Assembly (NCBI GenBank): GCA_900088475.1
Contig: FLMG01003716.1
Location: forward strand, 1-35,577
Source: Hyphochytrium catenoides
Taxonomy: Eukaryota > Protista > Hyphochytriomycota
DNA length: 35,577 nt
Direction: 5' to 3'
Shown here: one piece after another, positions 35,040 to 35,577 of the stretch
Numbering within the stretch: the stretch's first letter is position 1
Layout of the letters: each line of letters starts with the position of its first letter
Position numbers and translations under genes: made by a program
The notes under the pieces: model-generated
What the model was told of the DNA's origin: nothing
Database searches by the model: none
Seen by the model: the letters and a program-made list of their open reading frames with translations, nothing else

Positions 35040-35230
35040 CATGAGAGAGAGTGAAAGGGGGTGGGGGGGAGAGAGAAAGTGAGAGAGAAAAGGGCTGAAG
35101 GAGTGAGGCAACTTCCTTTCAGAGAGAAAGAAAGATAGATGTGTGTGTGAGAGAGAGAGCGAGACAGAGAGCGAGCGAGAGAGAGAGAGAGAGAGAGAAA
35201 GAGAAAGAGAGGGGAAAAGAGAGGGAGGGA
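35040..35230. repeat. (GA)n tract ((CT)n on minus strand) upstream of the glycosyltransferase-like gene
   Basis: GA runs at about 35148-35200 within a purine-rich block. Confidence 0.9.
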
Positions 35231-35472
35231 AGCTGGGGATGACATGTTGAAGACCTGCGCACGATCGAAGCTTCGCTTTACAACAAAGATCTCAGCCCAT
35301 CAGAAACATTTAATGCTTCCGCCAAAGGATCTTTGGAAACATTTCAGCCTTCAATATTGAATAGGTTCTTCGAAGGGATGAAATAAACTCAGTGAAAGAT
35401 ATCAAAGGGGAAGGAGTTACAATGGTTGTATCGATGTGAAAGGTCATAGCCGACGACGAAGGAGGGCTGGCT

Positions 35473-35577
35473 CTGCTGCTACTGAGGCTGGGCCTGCCAC
35501 TGGTGGCTGCTGTCACTGAGGCTGGGGCTGCCACTGGTGGCTGCTGCTACTGAAGGCTGGGTCTGCCACTGGTGGCT
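35473..35577. repeat. 34/35-bp minisatellite, three copies plus the start of a fourth, truncated by window end
   Basis: Units at 35473-35506, 35507-35540 and 35541-35575 with consensus ctgctgctactgaggctgggNctgccactggtgg. Confidence 0.9.

Noticed and set aside
35310-35534. 74-aa minus-strand ORF as the 3' end of a gene
   Set aside because: Its 5' part is a 34-bp non-triplet repeat and it has no recognisable homology; it cannot be supported from this window.
35473-35577. CRISPR-like appearance of the 34-bp repeats
   Set aside because: The units are directly adjacent with no unique spacers, and the context is eukaryotic.
1-35577. Non-canonical splice sites, alternative genetic code, tRNA/rRNA genes, or transposase/reverse transcriptase ORFs
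   Set aside because: All conserved genes resolve with GT-AG introns and the standard code. I saw no tRNA, rRNA or transposase motifs by eye; small ncRNAs cannot be excluded without a covariance-model search.

Overview
Gene-dense, intron-rich eukaryotic genomic DNA with canonical GT-AG introns (mostly about 60-430 nt) and abundant (CT)n/(GA)n tracts. The style of the MLH1 and KdtA proteins suggests a protist, possibly a stramenopile (inference only). Most ORFs in the supplied track are artefacts of introns or microsatellites. Manual splicing supports nine genes: (1) a small single-TM protein with a basic RRSTRQRK tail (+, 2478-3641); (2) nitronate monooxygenase ending in -GKL (-, 4096-6559); (3) a 17-exon model of about 994 aa joining a UBE2Q-like ubiquitin-conjugating (E2) fold, Cys-rich/zinc-finger-like segments and a divergent C-terminal Tubby domain (+, 8097-14492); (4) MLH1 (-, 14833-19544); (5) a single-ORF TM plus Lys-rich coiled-coil orphan (-, 20423-21022); (6) a 96-aa RNASEK/V-ATPase subunit f-like gene missed by the ORF track, whose first coding intron is flanked by an exact 9-bp exonic direct repeat (-, 23151-23662); (7) Kdo transferase KdtA/WaaA (+, 24856-27709); (8) a two-RRM hnRNP A/B/D-type protein (-, 28211-29915); (9) a sterol-glucosyltransferase-like protein with degenerate catalytic motifs and a B-box-like zinc finger (-, 31103-34638). 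The most novel candidates are the E2-Tubby fusion, the putative pseudo-glycosyltransferase with B-box, and the TSD-flanked intron. All gene models and family calls come from reading by eye and recalled motifs; no database search was run.
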